A stretch of DNA of 63,940 bases, filler included, from Klebsormidium nitens (Eukaryota > Plantae > Klebsormidiophyceae): NCBI GenBank assembly GCA_000708835.1. It is 7 parts of 7 records of this genome, joined end to end, with 100 filler letters (N's around TTAATTAATTAA, not from the genome) between each part and the next. Parts side by side here need not be neighbours in the genome. Positions count along the whole stretch, not along the records: positions 1 to 19,590 come from DF237601.1; 6 more parts are not named here. One strand, 5' to 3'. A program made the translations under genes and the position numbers. Positions 1-10,160 of the stretch are shown here, in pieces; positions within the stretch are counted from its first letter, which is position 1, and every line of letters starts with the position of its first letter. The notes beneath the pieces are model-generated. The model ran no database searches and was not told where the DNA came from. It saw only the letters and a list, made by a program, of their open reading frames with translations.

Positions 1-2134
1 ACGGTGTCTTGCGTCTTGTGATGTGGTATGGGCGGGTTTCTTTATCCTGAGGGTAATGGAGCACAGCATCCGTCCCCCCACCTCTTGTTTCTGAGTAGCG
101 TCCTTGCGTGCAGGGTGGGAGCAACTTCAGCCGACAGAGCAATCTGTTCAAGGGCGTGAGCTCGAAGTTCGGGCCATCCCCGAGGCTCGATGAGGGAAGG
201 TTGCGAGAGGCCGCCATGGGCTACTTTGCGCTGAAGCAGAAGCACGAGGAGCCGCGCTGTTGTTCCCTCTGCGGGCCTCGTCCCGAGTATCTGATATGCG
301 ACGGGCTCTTTGGGTTGGCGAACAAGGACGGCAGCGAGCGCAAGGGGGGCATTGCTTCCACTACGCAGAACAAGCGAGCCACTTTCACTCATCCGGACAA
401 GAGGAAAGGCACGTCGGGAAACGACGTGCCCTTCCAGAAGACGCGAACCGCGGGCGTGCACTATTCGGGGGTCAGCCCGGTGAGTCACAATGCAACGCTT
501 CCTGGTCGTTTCGGTCGACAGTCGATCGAATGCCCGTCTTTACGATACTCGCTGCCTACTCTGGAAGCAGACTGCCCGCTAACGACGCGAGGCGGGGTCG
601 AAAGAGCGCTCGCGCTCTGGGACGGTCCTTTGTTTGGGAGAATCTCGCCCGACATGTCGCATGATGCATCTCCCGCGTTTTACAGGGCGGCCTGTACGTA
701 GTGAGGCGGGTGGTTCCGGAGCCCAACCTTCGGATGCTGCTGGCGCGCTTGAGCCAGCATCGGCCGTCCGCTCAGCACGACCCCGATGAGGGGCCGAACA
801 ATCCTCCTACAAGGGGTCGGCCTTTAGACGTGAACGACTACTACGGTGTGCTGCTGGGGGGTCTGACGGCGAAGGGGCACGTTGCGATGCGACGGTTGGT
901 CGAGGGGATCGAGGCCGAGGCAGAAGTGGGGCATTCGCCCGGGAGAATCTTGATCGAATTCCCCGAGCGGTGGAAAGAGATCATGTACGATCTCAACAGC
1001 CACGACGAGGACTGTAAGATCCTGCAGACGAAAAGCGCCCTCAGGGTGGCTAGACGGATCCTGCTCGGCGAGTTGGTCACCGAGCAGGATCGGCTGGATT
1101 GGGGGGAAGACAGCCCGATCCTGCGCCGGCTCCTCGATTCGTACGAGGGACGGTTGCCGTGGTTCTTCATGGGCGTGTTGAAGGTGCTGTACAGGTCGAG
1201 CATTTATGGGAGAGGGGGCATTGCGTATCCCAAGTGGACCGGAGAGGCGTGGCGGATCTTCCATGACGCGTCGTGGTGGTGTGGCCACCCGAACCCACCC
1301 CCCCCAGATCCCGAGAAAATAGCGGCGGCGCATAAGGCGATGGAGGCGCTCGAACTTTTGTCCCTCGATGCGGAGCTGCTGGGCGACGCCGAGCGGGCGC
1401 TGCTCTCGGAGAATTTGGGGATGACGGGGCCGCCGCTGAATGAGTTCACTTCGGACGGGGAGGACCTGTGCTGGTACCCGTTTTGGGAGAAGAAGCGGCC
1501 GCTGCCTTTCTACCCGGAATTCGAGAAGGAGAGCGGAATTTCTAGGACGGCCGAGGCTCGGTGTGCGGGGAACGCGTCTGCGGACAATCAGCAGAAAAAG
1601 CTGCCTCACACCCGCGGGCTATACGTGTGGTGCTGCCCGCATCGAGTACTCTACGGCATCCACATCATGCTGCGGGGAGAGAGCCCCAGGGATCCGTTCG
1701 CGGTGCTGTACACCCGCTTCAACCGAGACGAGCTGCCGCGGGTGCTGATCAACGACTGCTCCTGTTCGGATCAGAATTACTGCTTCAGGAGGGAGCCCAC
1801 GTTCTTTTCGAACGTCCGCTTCGTCATCGACAAGTTCCACTATGGAAAAGCGGAGGGAGAGATCCACCTCTGCGGGCCCACGAACAGCAGTCATTACTAC
1901 AGTCTGCTGACCCATGTGAACACGAGCGCTTGTGAGAGCGTGAACAATTTCCTCAACCGCTTCACCACGATCGGGTGGTTTTCGAAGCTGGAGAACATGA
2001 TGATTCTTCTGCCCTTACTGATAACCGCTTACAACGCGGATTTGAGTAGAGTAGACGATCACACGATCAGGACAGCGTGTAGACGTAGCGTATGGACTTC
2101 CGACATTAGAGACTTGGTGTTTCTGCAATACTAA
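1..2134 (+). CDS. KDZ (Kyakuja-Dileera-Zisupton)-type transposase, 5'-partial; predicted exons <1-52, 114-479, 686-2134
   Basis: Motifs CSLCGPRPEYLICDG, CCPHRVLYGIHIMLRGESPRD, NDCSC...YCFRREP...RFVIDKFH...HLC and NTSACESVNNFL match the KDZ pattern. The two ORFs (108-701, 701-2134) join in frame through a phase-0 intron at 480-685 (CCG|GTGAGT...TTTTACAG|GGC). A second plausible intron lies at 53-113 (GTAATG...GTGCAG). Confidence 0.8.
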
Positions 2135-2577
2135 TTGGAGAGAACTATTGCTACAAGAGGAAGCATGTACATATGTATAAGAGCATGATGACGTACGACA
2201 ATTCAGTCAGCGGACAGATATGGAGGCACACCCGCTTCGTTAACCCGCCCTTGTATCACCGACGGATCCGGCACTCCTGACGCGATGTTAGCCGTTGCTT
2301 GTGCTGCGACAACCAGGTCGTCGCGATCTCCCGGCCGTCTCGCCAACCGGCGCGGGGAGCCTCATCTGAGCGATTTACGCAGACATCTGAGCCCGTTCCC
2401 GGAGCGTCTTCCTACTGGTCTTCGTGCGCACGTCCCGCTGGTCCCCCGGCGTATCCATTAGCGCCCCGCACAAGGCCGGTAGAGGACTCCTCCGCCGCCA
2501 TCAGCCTCGTCGCTTGGACCGCGTGTCCGAGCCTTCGTTCTGGGAAGAGCAACATCCTGTCCGGATGCGAGGGCGCG

Positions 2578-2629
2578 AGGGCGCCTATCATCACACTATA
2601 GCAAGGGCGCCTATCATCACACTATGGCA
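2578..2629. repeat. 26-bp direct repeat x2 (AGGGCGCCTATCATCACACTATRGCA)
   Basis: Read directly; one mismatch between copies. Confidence 0.85.
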
Positions 2630-2770
2630 AGTCGTCGCGAAGACGACGAGATCATCGAACAAGACGGGCATGCTCAGTAGCAGTATGACTGTGCAATACA
2701 AGTCAGAAGATGCGCTAGGAAGCATTGTGGGCAAACGGCAGGGTCGGTATCCCTAATGTCCCCTCACGAG

Positions 2771-3682
2771 AAGCTTCGGTATGATGACGTGGCAGTGCGG
2801 AGGGAATCTGTCTTGGTCGGGCACTCGCGCAAATTGGTATCCCTAGTGACTTGGCTAGTAGACGCATTAAATAATGTGTCTTACGGAGGATCTTGGAGTC
2901 TGATTTCCCTAGTGATTCTCTTAGTCAAGACATTAAGACAGTAAGACAGTAAGACGCATTTTTGGGAGAGTTCCCCAGAATCCGATGAACGATCTAGATC
3001 CGCCACGATCTCGAGAATCTCAGGAACTTTCCCCAAAAAATGCGTCTTACTGTCTTGTGTCTTGTGGCGATTCTGACTAGGGAATCCGCTAGGGTAAGAT
3101 CCTTTAAGAAGCCTTCACAAGACATATTATCTAGTGTGTCTTGTGAGGTTTGACTAGGGTTTTCGCTAGGAGTTTCTCCCTTAAGTGCCCCTTGAAGCTT
3201 CGGGATGCTGACGTGGCAGTTCGGAGGGAATGTGTCTTGGTCGGGCACTCGCGCAAATTGGTATCCCTAGTGGATTGGCCAATAAGACACATTTAAAAAT
3301 GTGTCTTATGGAGGATCTTGGAGTCTGATTTCCCTAGTGATTCTCTTAGTCAAAACAGTAAGACAGTAAGACGCATTTTTGGGAGAGTTCCCCAGAATCC
3401 GATGAACGATCTTGATCCGCCACGATCTCGGGAATCTCAGGAACTTTCCCCAAAAAATGCGTCTTACTGTCTTGTGTCTTGTGGCGATTCTGAGGAGGGA
3501 ATCCGCTAGGGTAAGATCCTTTAAGAAGCCTTCACAAGACGCATTATCTAGTGTGTCTTGTGGGTTTTGACTAGGGTGTTCGCTAGGAGTTTCTCTCTTA
3601 AGTGACCCTAGAAGCTTCGGGATGCTGACGTAGCAGTTCGGAGAAGATGTCTCTTGATCGGGCACTCGCGGGATCGGTATTC
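2771..3682. repeat. ~420-bp tandem repeat (2 full copies + partial) with internal hairpins
   Basis: AAGCTTCGG anchors at 2771, 3195 and 3612. Each full unit has a ~32-bp imperfect inverted repeat (2943-3056; 3360-3473) plus shorter AAGACRC/GYGTCTT palindromes. Confidence 0.9.
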
Positions 3683-3845
3683 CACTACATGTAATAATGT
3701 CAATCACATTTTGTTCGTGTTCACTGCACGTGGTCATGCTGTCATTCATGACCACTGGATGAACATCTGACGATAATAGCAACACAGTGGGTCCACAATT
3801 TCGGGTTTGCGGATGAATCGATTGTTCTCATCAAGGATGTCTTGG

Positions 3846-4613
3846 TCACTCTGCTCTCATCACACAGCTGCTCTTGTGCTCGGGCCAGTGGTCTTTCTGA
3901 CATTCCTTGCTGCAGTACGCGACTCTTCTGCACCGGGAGCACGACCACAGCGATCCGAAACGAGCACTATCTTCCTCCTCTGACGCCTTCCTAGCCTCGC
4001 TGCAAGAGGCACACACGAGCCGTGCTACGGTCAAACCCGCTAACATTCTCGGACACAAGTCCCTGTCCCTCGGTGTACCGATCTCCATCAGAGTCTGATT
4101 CAAGATCTTTCTCAGGCTCCTCGTCAGTGCTTTGTTCGGCCTGGTCGACCCGTCTTCGAGGCTGAACAAGGTTTCCATGATCAGTTTTACCCTTCTGTCT
4201 TTCTTTCTCCAAGATGACAGGCAGTCCGTTGCGAGGGCTTCATCCCGGAGGATGGTCCTGCTAACCATCCCTAGGTAGTAGCAGTATACTGCCTCGTCAT
4301 TCTCCTCTCTGAACCACTTTCTGATCTCGCTGAACAGTAGATGCGTGTTCTGAGTCATACACTGTCGGAGTGCGTCTACTTGATTTGGTGCCAGTGTGTT
4401 GTCCCAGTGATTCATCAGTACGCAGATGACAGCTTGCGAGGCGAGACGCGCACACTCTGCCAATTGCACCTCGATGCTCGTCGAGTCGATCTTCGACTTT
4501 CTCAACATCCGGAGGATGTACAGGAGGGCATCGGGACCCCGCTCATTGTCGAGCAGTTGTCGTACGGTGACGGCCGCTCGGTTCAGGACGCGCAAACGCT
4601 TGGAGGAGTCCAT
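3846..4613 (-). CDS. C-terminal MYND zinc-finger protein, intronless
   Basis: CASC...CSRCRRVAYCSKECQKDHWPEHKSSC matches the MYND consensus; 255-aa open frame. Confidence 0.8.
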   Translation of the reverse strand: MDSSKRLRVLNRAAVTVRQLLDNERGPDALLYILRMLRKSKIDSTSIEVQLAECARLASQAVICVLMNHWDNTLAPNQVDALRQCMTQNTHLLFSEIRKWFREENDEAVYCYYLGMVSRTILRDEALATDCLSSWRKKDRRVKLIMETLFSLEDGSTRPNKALTRSLRKILNQTLMEIGTPRDRDLCPRMLAGLTVARLVCASCSEARKASEEEDSARFGSLWSCSRCRRVAYCSKECQKDHWPEHKSSCVMRAE

Positions 4614-6415
4614 CGGCCGACGCCCCGGAAGTGATTTTTGAAAGAATGAATGGGTTCATCGAGCCTTATGTATCACTCGCCGGCCTTGGGCACGTGCCCT
4701 GCTTCTATTCCTGGATACCTATCCCAAAAAGTGTCAAAATCGTGCAGATCTGCTGCCAGACGAACGAGGTGGGCTGCCCCACAACGCGTTCGAGTTTAGC
4801 AATTGCTGCTGCTGGGAACATTTTCTCAAGTTTCGGACCTGATCATAAGCAGTATGAGCAACACTGTTCCCTACTGGAGAAGAGAGTCGTTGCAAAGCTT
4901 CTGAATGCCACGGCGGAATAAGTGCATCACACTGACCGCGTGAGGAATCGAACCTCAGCTGCTGTAGGAGCAGAACCGTCTTCTCGCGGTCGGGGGAGGT
5001 GCCAACTCCAGCAGAAACACGAAAGGCACTGGACCAAAAAACACCAGAATAAAAAAACNNNNNNNNNNNNNNNNNNNNNNNNNNNNNNNNNNNNNNNNNN
5101 NNNNNNNNNNNNNNNNNNNNNNNNNNNNNNNNNNNNNNNNNNNNNNNNNNNNNNNNNNNNNNNNNNNNNNNNNNNNNNNNNNNNNNNNNNNNNNNNNNNN
5201 NNNNNNNNNNNNNNNNNNNNNNNNNNNNNNNNNNNNNNNNNNNNNNNNNNNNNNNNNNNNNNNNNNNNNNNNNNNNNNNNNNNNNNNNNNNNNNNNNNNN
5301 NNNNNNNNNNNNNNNNNNNNNNNNNNNNNNNNNNNNNNNNNNNNNNNNNNNNNNNNNNNNNNNNNNNNNNNNNNNNNNNNNNNNNNNNNNNNNNNNNNNN
5401 NNNNNNNNNNNNNNNNNNNNNNNNNNNNNNNNNNNNNNNNNNNNNNNNNNNNNNNNNNNNNNNNNNNNNNNNNNNNNNNNNNNNNNNNNNNNNNNNNNNN
5501 NNNNNNNNNNNNNNNNNNNNNNNNNNNNNNNNNNNNNNNNNNNNNNNNNNNNNNNNNNNNNNNNNNNNNNNNNNNNNNNNNNNNNNNNNNNNNNNNNNNN
5601 NNNNNNNNNNNNNNNNNNNNNNNNNNNNNNNNNNNNNNNNNNNNNNNNNNNNNNNNNNGCTGCGACCGAGCCCATGGCCCGCGGGAATCACCCCGACGAG
5701 GCTGGCGGTCTTTCGCATGAGAGGCGAATGCCGATCACCGAAGTGACATAGACGAATAATGCTCTGCGAAAAGTTGGAAGGAAAGAGAAGGTCTGTTATA
5801 TTGGATGGACCTTAAAGAAGACTTGTCCAGCACACACAGGTCGCTTTAGCAAATGAACGGAAGATGACTCGAGTAGCTCAATAGACATTGGCATAGATTC
5901 GTCGTGTGTCCAGAACTTACTTGATATGTCCAGGACGTCGCAGTTGATGCTCTTGGTGTTAACTGGAAGCGTAGAAGCACGATAGCGAAGCTGCAGACGG
6001 AGACGGATGAGGTGAGAGACCTTCATGATAAGCCGAGGAGAGAACGAGATTCGCATGGGCAAGAAGCGCATCACAAGCAGAATGCGGTGAAAGCACTCGA
6101 TTCAACAGCAGCTCACAATTTACGAAGAGTATGAAAGAAAGGTTCGGTATGTACTAGCCTTTTTCATATGTTTTGTGTCGACCCATGTCCAAGGAGTTGG
6201 CGTTGCTCTCCACACGCTTCGATCAAAAGAACTCAGAACGACACCCATAACCCTCAGAAAAAGACTCCAGACCACACACTAAGAAAAGGACTCCAGACCA
6301 CACTCAAAGACACTCTCAGAAACGGACTCCAGACACTCAAACCAGACTCCAGTCCACACACAGAAATGGACTCGACTCTTGCGACGTCCAACTCCGTGGA
6401 CGACGACGTCAAGAC

Positions 6416-6690
6416 CAGCACGGTCTCAGACACGACGTCCAGTCCAGCACGGTCTCAGACACGACATCCAGTCCAGCACGGTCTCAGACACGACGTCCAG
6501 TCCAGCACGGTCTCAGACACGACGTCCAGTCCAGCACGGAGTCAGACACGACGTCCAGTCCAGCACGGATTCAGACACGACGTCCAGTCCAGCACGGATT
6601 CAGACACGACGTCCAGTCCAGCACGGATTCAGACACGACGTCCAGTCCAGCGCGGTTTCGGACACGACGTCCAGTCCAGCACGGTTTCAG
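6416..6690. repeat. 29-bp minisatellite, ~9.5 copies (CAGCACGGTCTCAGACACGACGTCCAGTC)
   Basis: Unit starts at 6416, 6445, ... 6677 (period 29); degenerate GACTCCAGAC repeats precede it at ~6260-6360. Confidence 0.92.
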
Positions 6691-7531
6691 CCAGAGGCGT
6701 CAAACCGCGCGGCCATCAGACCGTGCCCTCCACCGCGCGGCCATCAGACCGCAGCGTAGCAGTTTTACTCTAGAGCTGGCGGGGGGTGTTGCAAAGGAAT
6801 ATCTGCTAGAGCTGTTTGAGCGCACACCTGAATCGCTGCTATGCGAATGGAAGGTTCTGGGCTGCTGCTATTTCTGAGAATGGTGAAGAAGAAATGAGCG
6901 CAAATTGCAGACCATGTAGCTTCTTGTAGTAGTACTCTTTGTCGTAAAGTAGTTGCACTGCAGGCGCTGTCATGTAGCCTGTATTCCAGTCTTGGACCGC
7001 AGACTCAAGTTAAAAGTGTTAACGTCAGCACACGTCACTCGAGCCAGCTGGAGTAGGAAACACGTGAGAGTCGGGACGGTTGTGATTTGCTCGAAATTTG
7101 TTGAATCAGCGTGCGCCACCTGCCATGCCTAAGGGTTAGCGCGTACGGTAGAATCTTTTGACTTACGGCGAATCGCCGTGCGACATTTCGATTACTTAGG
7201 TCAGTCCAACAACAAAAATACCAACGAAACAGTCATGTGTAATTTTAAGAGCGGCAGAAGACCATTCTACTAGGTGCAGTAGCATCTGCTGTAGTAGTAG
7301 AACATTTCCACCCGCCTTCGTGTCTTTTGTACCTTGCTCGAATGTGCTTGCAAATGGCGGACACATCAACCGCCCTCATGCATTCTCTCAAGGCACCCAA
7401 GGGCGATGATTTTGCTGCTAGAGTTAAAGCAGCTATCGAAGGTAAGCACTCAATTTGGTATGTACGGGGGCACCGCAGAGTGTTCTTCAGTTCTATAATC
7501 TGGTGTTGGTTTCAAAAATGATCCAATATGA

Positions 7532-8485
7532 TTGACATCATTGCGTGATATTGTTATTGCAGGTTTGAAGGATGAAGTTCACAACATCCGGCATTTCGCA
7601 GAGATCGATACTCTGGCAGATTTTTGTACCGCGACACAGATTAAAAACGATGTCTGGAAAGATTATGGAAAACTGTGTCAAAAAGTGACGGAGTATTTTC
7701 CCCATAGTATACCACAGCGGTCTAAGCAGACTCATAAGAAATATATGCATGTTTTGCTTCAAGGTCTGGTGCAAGTGCTTTTCGAAGATAGGGATACACT
7801 GGAAAGAAGGATCGCTGTGGAAGGCGTTCATGAGGCTAAGGAAAGGCAGGCGCTGGGCTTGACGCTTTCTGGAGAGGAGGAGGAGGTGGAACAGGCGCAT
7901 GGATTGCTGGAGGGACAACCATCGGCACCGATGCTCCCTGAAGCGGGGCAGGGGCCGAAGAGGCAGCTCCCTGAGGAGGAGCACCCTGAGGCGGGGCAGG
8001 GGCAGGAGAGGCAGCTCCCTGAGGAGGGGCAACCTAAGGTGGGGCAGGAGCAGGAGAGGCTGGCGCCAGGGTCTATGCTCCCTGAGGCATGGCAGGGGCA
8101 GGAGAGGCAGCCCCCTGAGGAGGGGGAGGAGCAGGAGAGGCATCTCCCTGAGGAGGAGCACACTGAGGCGGGGCAGGGGCTGGCGCCAGGGTCTATGCTC
8201 CCTGAGGCAGGGCAGGAGAGGCAGCCTTCTGAGGAGGGGGAGGAGCAGGAAAGGCAGCTCCCTGTGGAGGGGCAGGGGCAGGAGAGGCAGGCGCCGGGCT
8301 CGAGCCTTCCCAGGGATCAGCAGGAGAGAGAGAGACCGGACTTGGTGCAGCCCTCGGAGAAGGATAGGAGAAAGGCAGAGAGCCGGCAGCGAAAGGGATC
8401 GAGGAAGCGGGAACACAAAATGACAATGGTGAGTAGAAAAAAAAAGAAGTCCCGACACATGCGGCCCTTCCGAAGAACTTCCTAA
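7532..8485 (+). CDS. Hypothetical protein with Glu/Gln/Gly-rich repeats (PEEGQGQERQL) and a basic tail
   Basis: 317-aa ORF with a non-repetitive N-terminal ~100 aa followed by in-frame repeats; no family recognised. Confidence 0.45.
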   Translation: MTSLRDIVIAGLKDEVHNIRHFAEIDTLADFCTATQIKNDVWKDYGKLCQKVTEYFPHSIPQRSKQTHKKYMHVLLQGLVQVLFEDRDTLERRIAVEGVHEAKERQALGLTLSGEEEEVEQAHGLLEGQPSAPMLPEAGQGPKRQLPEEEHPEAGQGQERQLPEEGQPKVGQEQERLAPGSMLPEAWQGQERQPPEEGEEQERHLPEEEHTEAGQGLAPGSMLPEAGQERQPSEEGEEQERQLPVEGQGQERQAPGSSLPRDQQERERPDLVQPSEKDRRKAESRQRKGSRKREHKMTMVSRKKKKSRHMRPFRRTS

Positions 8486-9085
8486 CATGTGCATTCAGAT
8501 CGCTCACCGCAGGTCTGACGTGTGACGGTTGGACAGGGTTTACACGCTGCCTGTCTACTTCACATGTGCGGAAACCATGCGAAGCTTTTCAGCACGCCTT
8601 GGGATCACCTCAGCAAGAGCGCCTCTCGGAAAAATTGCGTCTTCTTGCCTTCTTCCCAAAGACTGATTAGTTAGGACTCACGAAGAGGCTCCATATTCAG
8701 TCAAGGAGTCTCGAGACTCGCACCTCGCAAGGCACTTGCTTCTTTACGCTTGATGNNNNNNNNNNNNNNNNNNNNNNNNNNNNNNNNNNNNNNNNNNNNN
8801 NNNNNNNNNNNNNNNNNNNNNNNNNNNNNNNNNNNNNNNNNNNNNNNNNNNNNNNNNNNNNNNNNNNNNNNNNNNNNNNNNNNNNNNNNNNNNNNNNNNN
8901 NNNNNNNNNNNNNNNNNNNNNNNNNNNNNNNNNNNNNNNNNNNNNNNNNNNNNNNNNNNNNNNNNNNNNNNNNNNNNNNNNNNNNNNNNNNNNNNNNNNN
9001 NNNNNNNNNNNNNNNNNNNNNNNNNNNNNNNNNNNNNNNNNNNNNNNNNNNNNNNNNNNNNNNNNNNNNNNNNNNNNNNNNNNNN

Positions 9086-9740
9086 ATGTAGCCGTCGAAT
9101 GTTGCATATGTCGCGATGAACGTATCATTAATGTATTCGGCGCTTACATGCCTGTTCGAGAGTCGCGGTCAATCCCGTTTAATGTTCTTGATCGATCTTC
9201 TGGAAATAATTTCTGGATGGCCTCGCAAGTGACTACATTCTCCCGCATCTCGCAGAAACATCTCCCCGAAGCCGAGGAGGGATGGGGGCAGGAGAGGCAT
9301 CTCCTGAAGGAGGGGCGGGGGCAGGAGAGGCAGGCGCCGGGCTCGAGCCTTCCCGAGGATCAGCAGGAGAGAGAGAGACCGGACTTGGTGTAGCCCTCGG
9401 AGAAGGATAGGAGAAAGGCAGAGAGCCGGCAGCGAAAGGGATCGAGGAAGCGGGAACACAAAATGACAATGGTGAGTAAGAAAAAAAAGTCCCGACACAT
9501 GCGGCCCTTCCGAAGCACTTCCTAACATGTGCATTCAGATCGCTCACCGCAGGTCTGACGGAGATGTAGCCGTCGAATGTTGCATAGTTCGCGATGAACT
9601 TCTCATTGATTTGTTCGGTTATTGTATGCCTAGTCACGGTCAATACCCTTTCTATGTCCACGATCTTCTAAGAAAGATTTCTGGCATCGCGAGTGACTAT
9701 ATTCTCTCGCATCCCGCAGAAACATCTCCCCGAAGCCGAG
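9086..9740 (+). repeat. Mosaic local duplication: 9319-9560 copies 8276-8520, and 9086-9270 resembles 9563-9740
   Basis: Near-identical ...GGCGCCGGGCTCGAGCCTTCCC...CACCGCAGGTCTGACG blocks; ATGTAGCCGTCGAATGTTGCATA occurs at 9086 and ~9564. Confidence 0.8.
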
Positions 9741-10160
9741 GACGTCGGTGCAGCGCCGTCGCCGAAAAAGCAGCGAAAAACCCCTTTGGACACCGCAACC
9801 GATGATGATATAGTAGAGATTGAGCTGACGCGCGAACAGAAGAAGGGAATCTCGAGAATGATCGAGACTATGTTCGAAGTCTTACTTATGGATCCGAACA
9901 AGCAACTGTCCAAGGAGGAGAAGAGTCTGCTCCTGAATGTGATTCACTTCAAAAGTGTAGTCGATACCGATGCCGACTGGGCTCGGGATACTGGCTTTGT
10001 GATGAAGGTCGCGTCCATCAATCCCGCTTTCAACGTTTACGTGGTCCAGCGTCTAAGGAACATCCCAGAACTGGCTCGGTTCGAAGCTGCGATGCAGAGG
10101 AACAATATGTTTATCAAGGGACTGGCAGGCGATCTAGCGCAGATTATACATAGGCTTTGA
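9693..10160 (+). CDS. Hypothetical protein or terminal exon with a putative NLS (PKKQRK)
   Basis: 155-aa ORF with protein-like composition; no family recognised. Confidence 0.35.
   Translation: MTIFSRIPQKHLPEAEDVGAAPSPKKQRKTPLDTATDDDIVEIELTREQKKGISRMIETMFEVLLMDPNKQLSKEEKSLLLNVIHFKSVVDTDADWARDTGFVMKVASINPAFNVYVVQRLRNIPELARFEAAMQRNNMFIKGLAGDLAQIIHRL

Noticed and set aside
4-20. GTGTCTTGCGTCTTGTG as a left-end copy of the 420-bp repeat motif
   Set aside because: It falls in a frame (RCLASCDVVWAGFFILR) that splices plausibly into the KDZ exon; a short coincidental match is more likely.
4734-5746. Long ORFs spanning N runs (also 8697-9128 and 53677-54842)
   Set aside because: Artefacts of translating through gaps.
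6416-6690. CRISPR array
   Set aside because: The 29-bp units are head-to-tail with no unique spacers, there are no cas genes, and the context is eukaryotic.
6168-6773. 201-aa and 126-aa ORFs over the minisatellite
   Set aside because: A period of 29 cycles through all frames; the ORFs are by-products of a stop-poor repeat.
7538-8494. Leu/Pro-rich minus-strand ORF and Arg/Gly-rich alternate-frame ORF
   Set aside because: Shadows of the Glu/Gln-rich repeat ORF.
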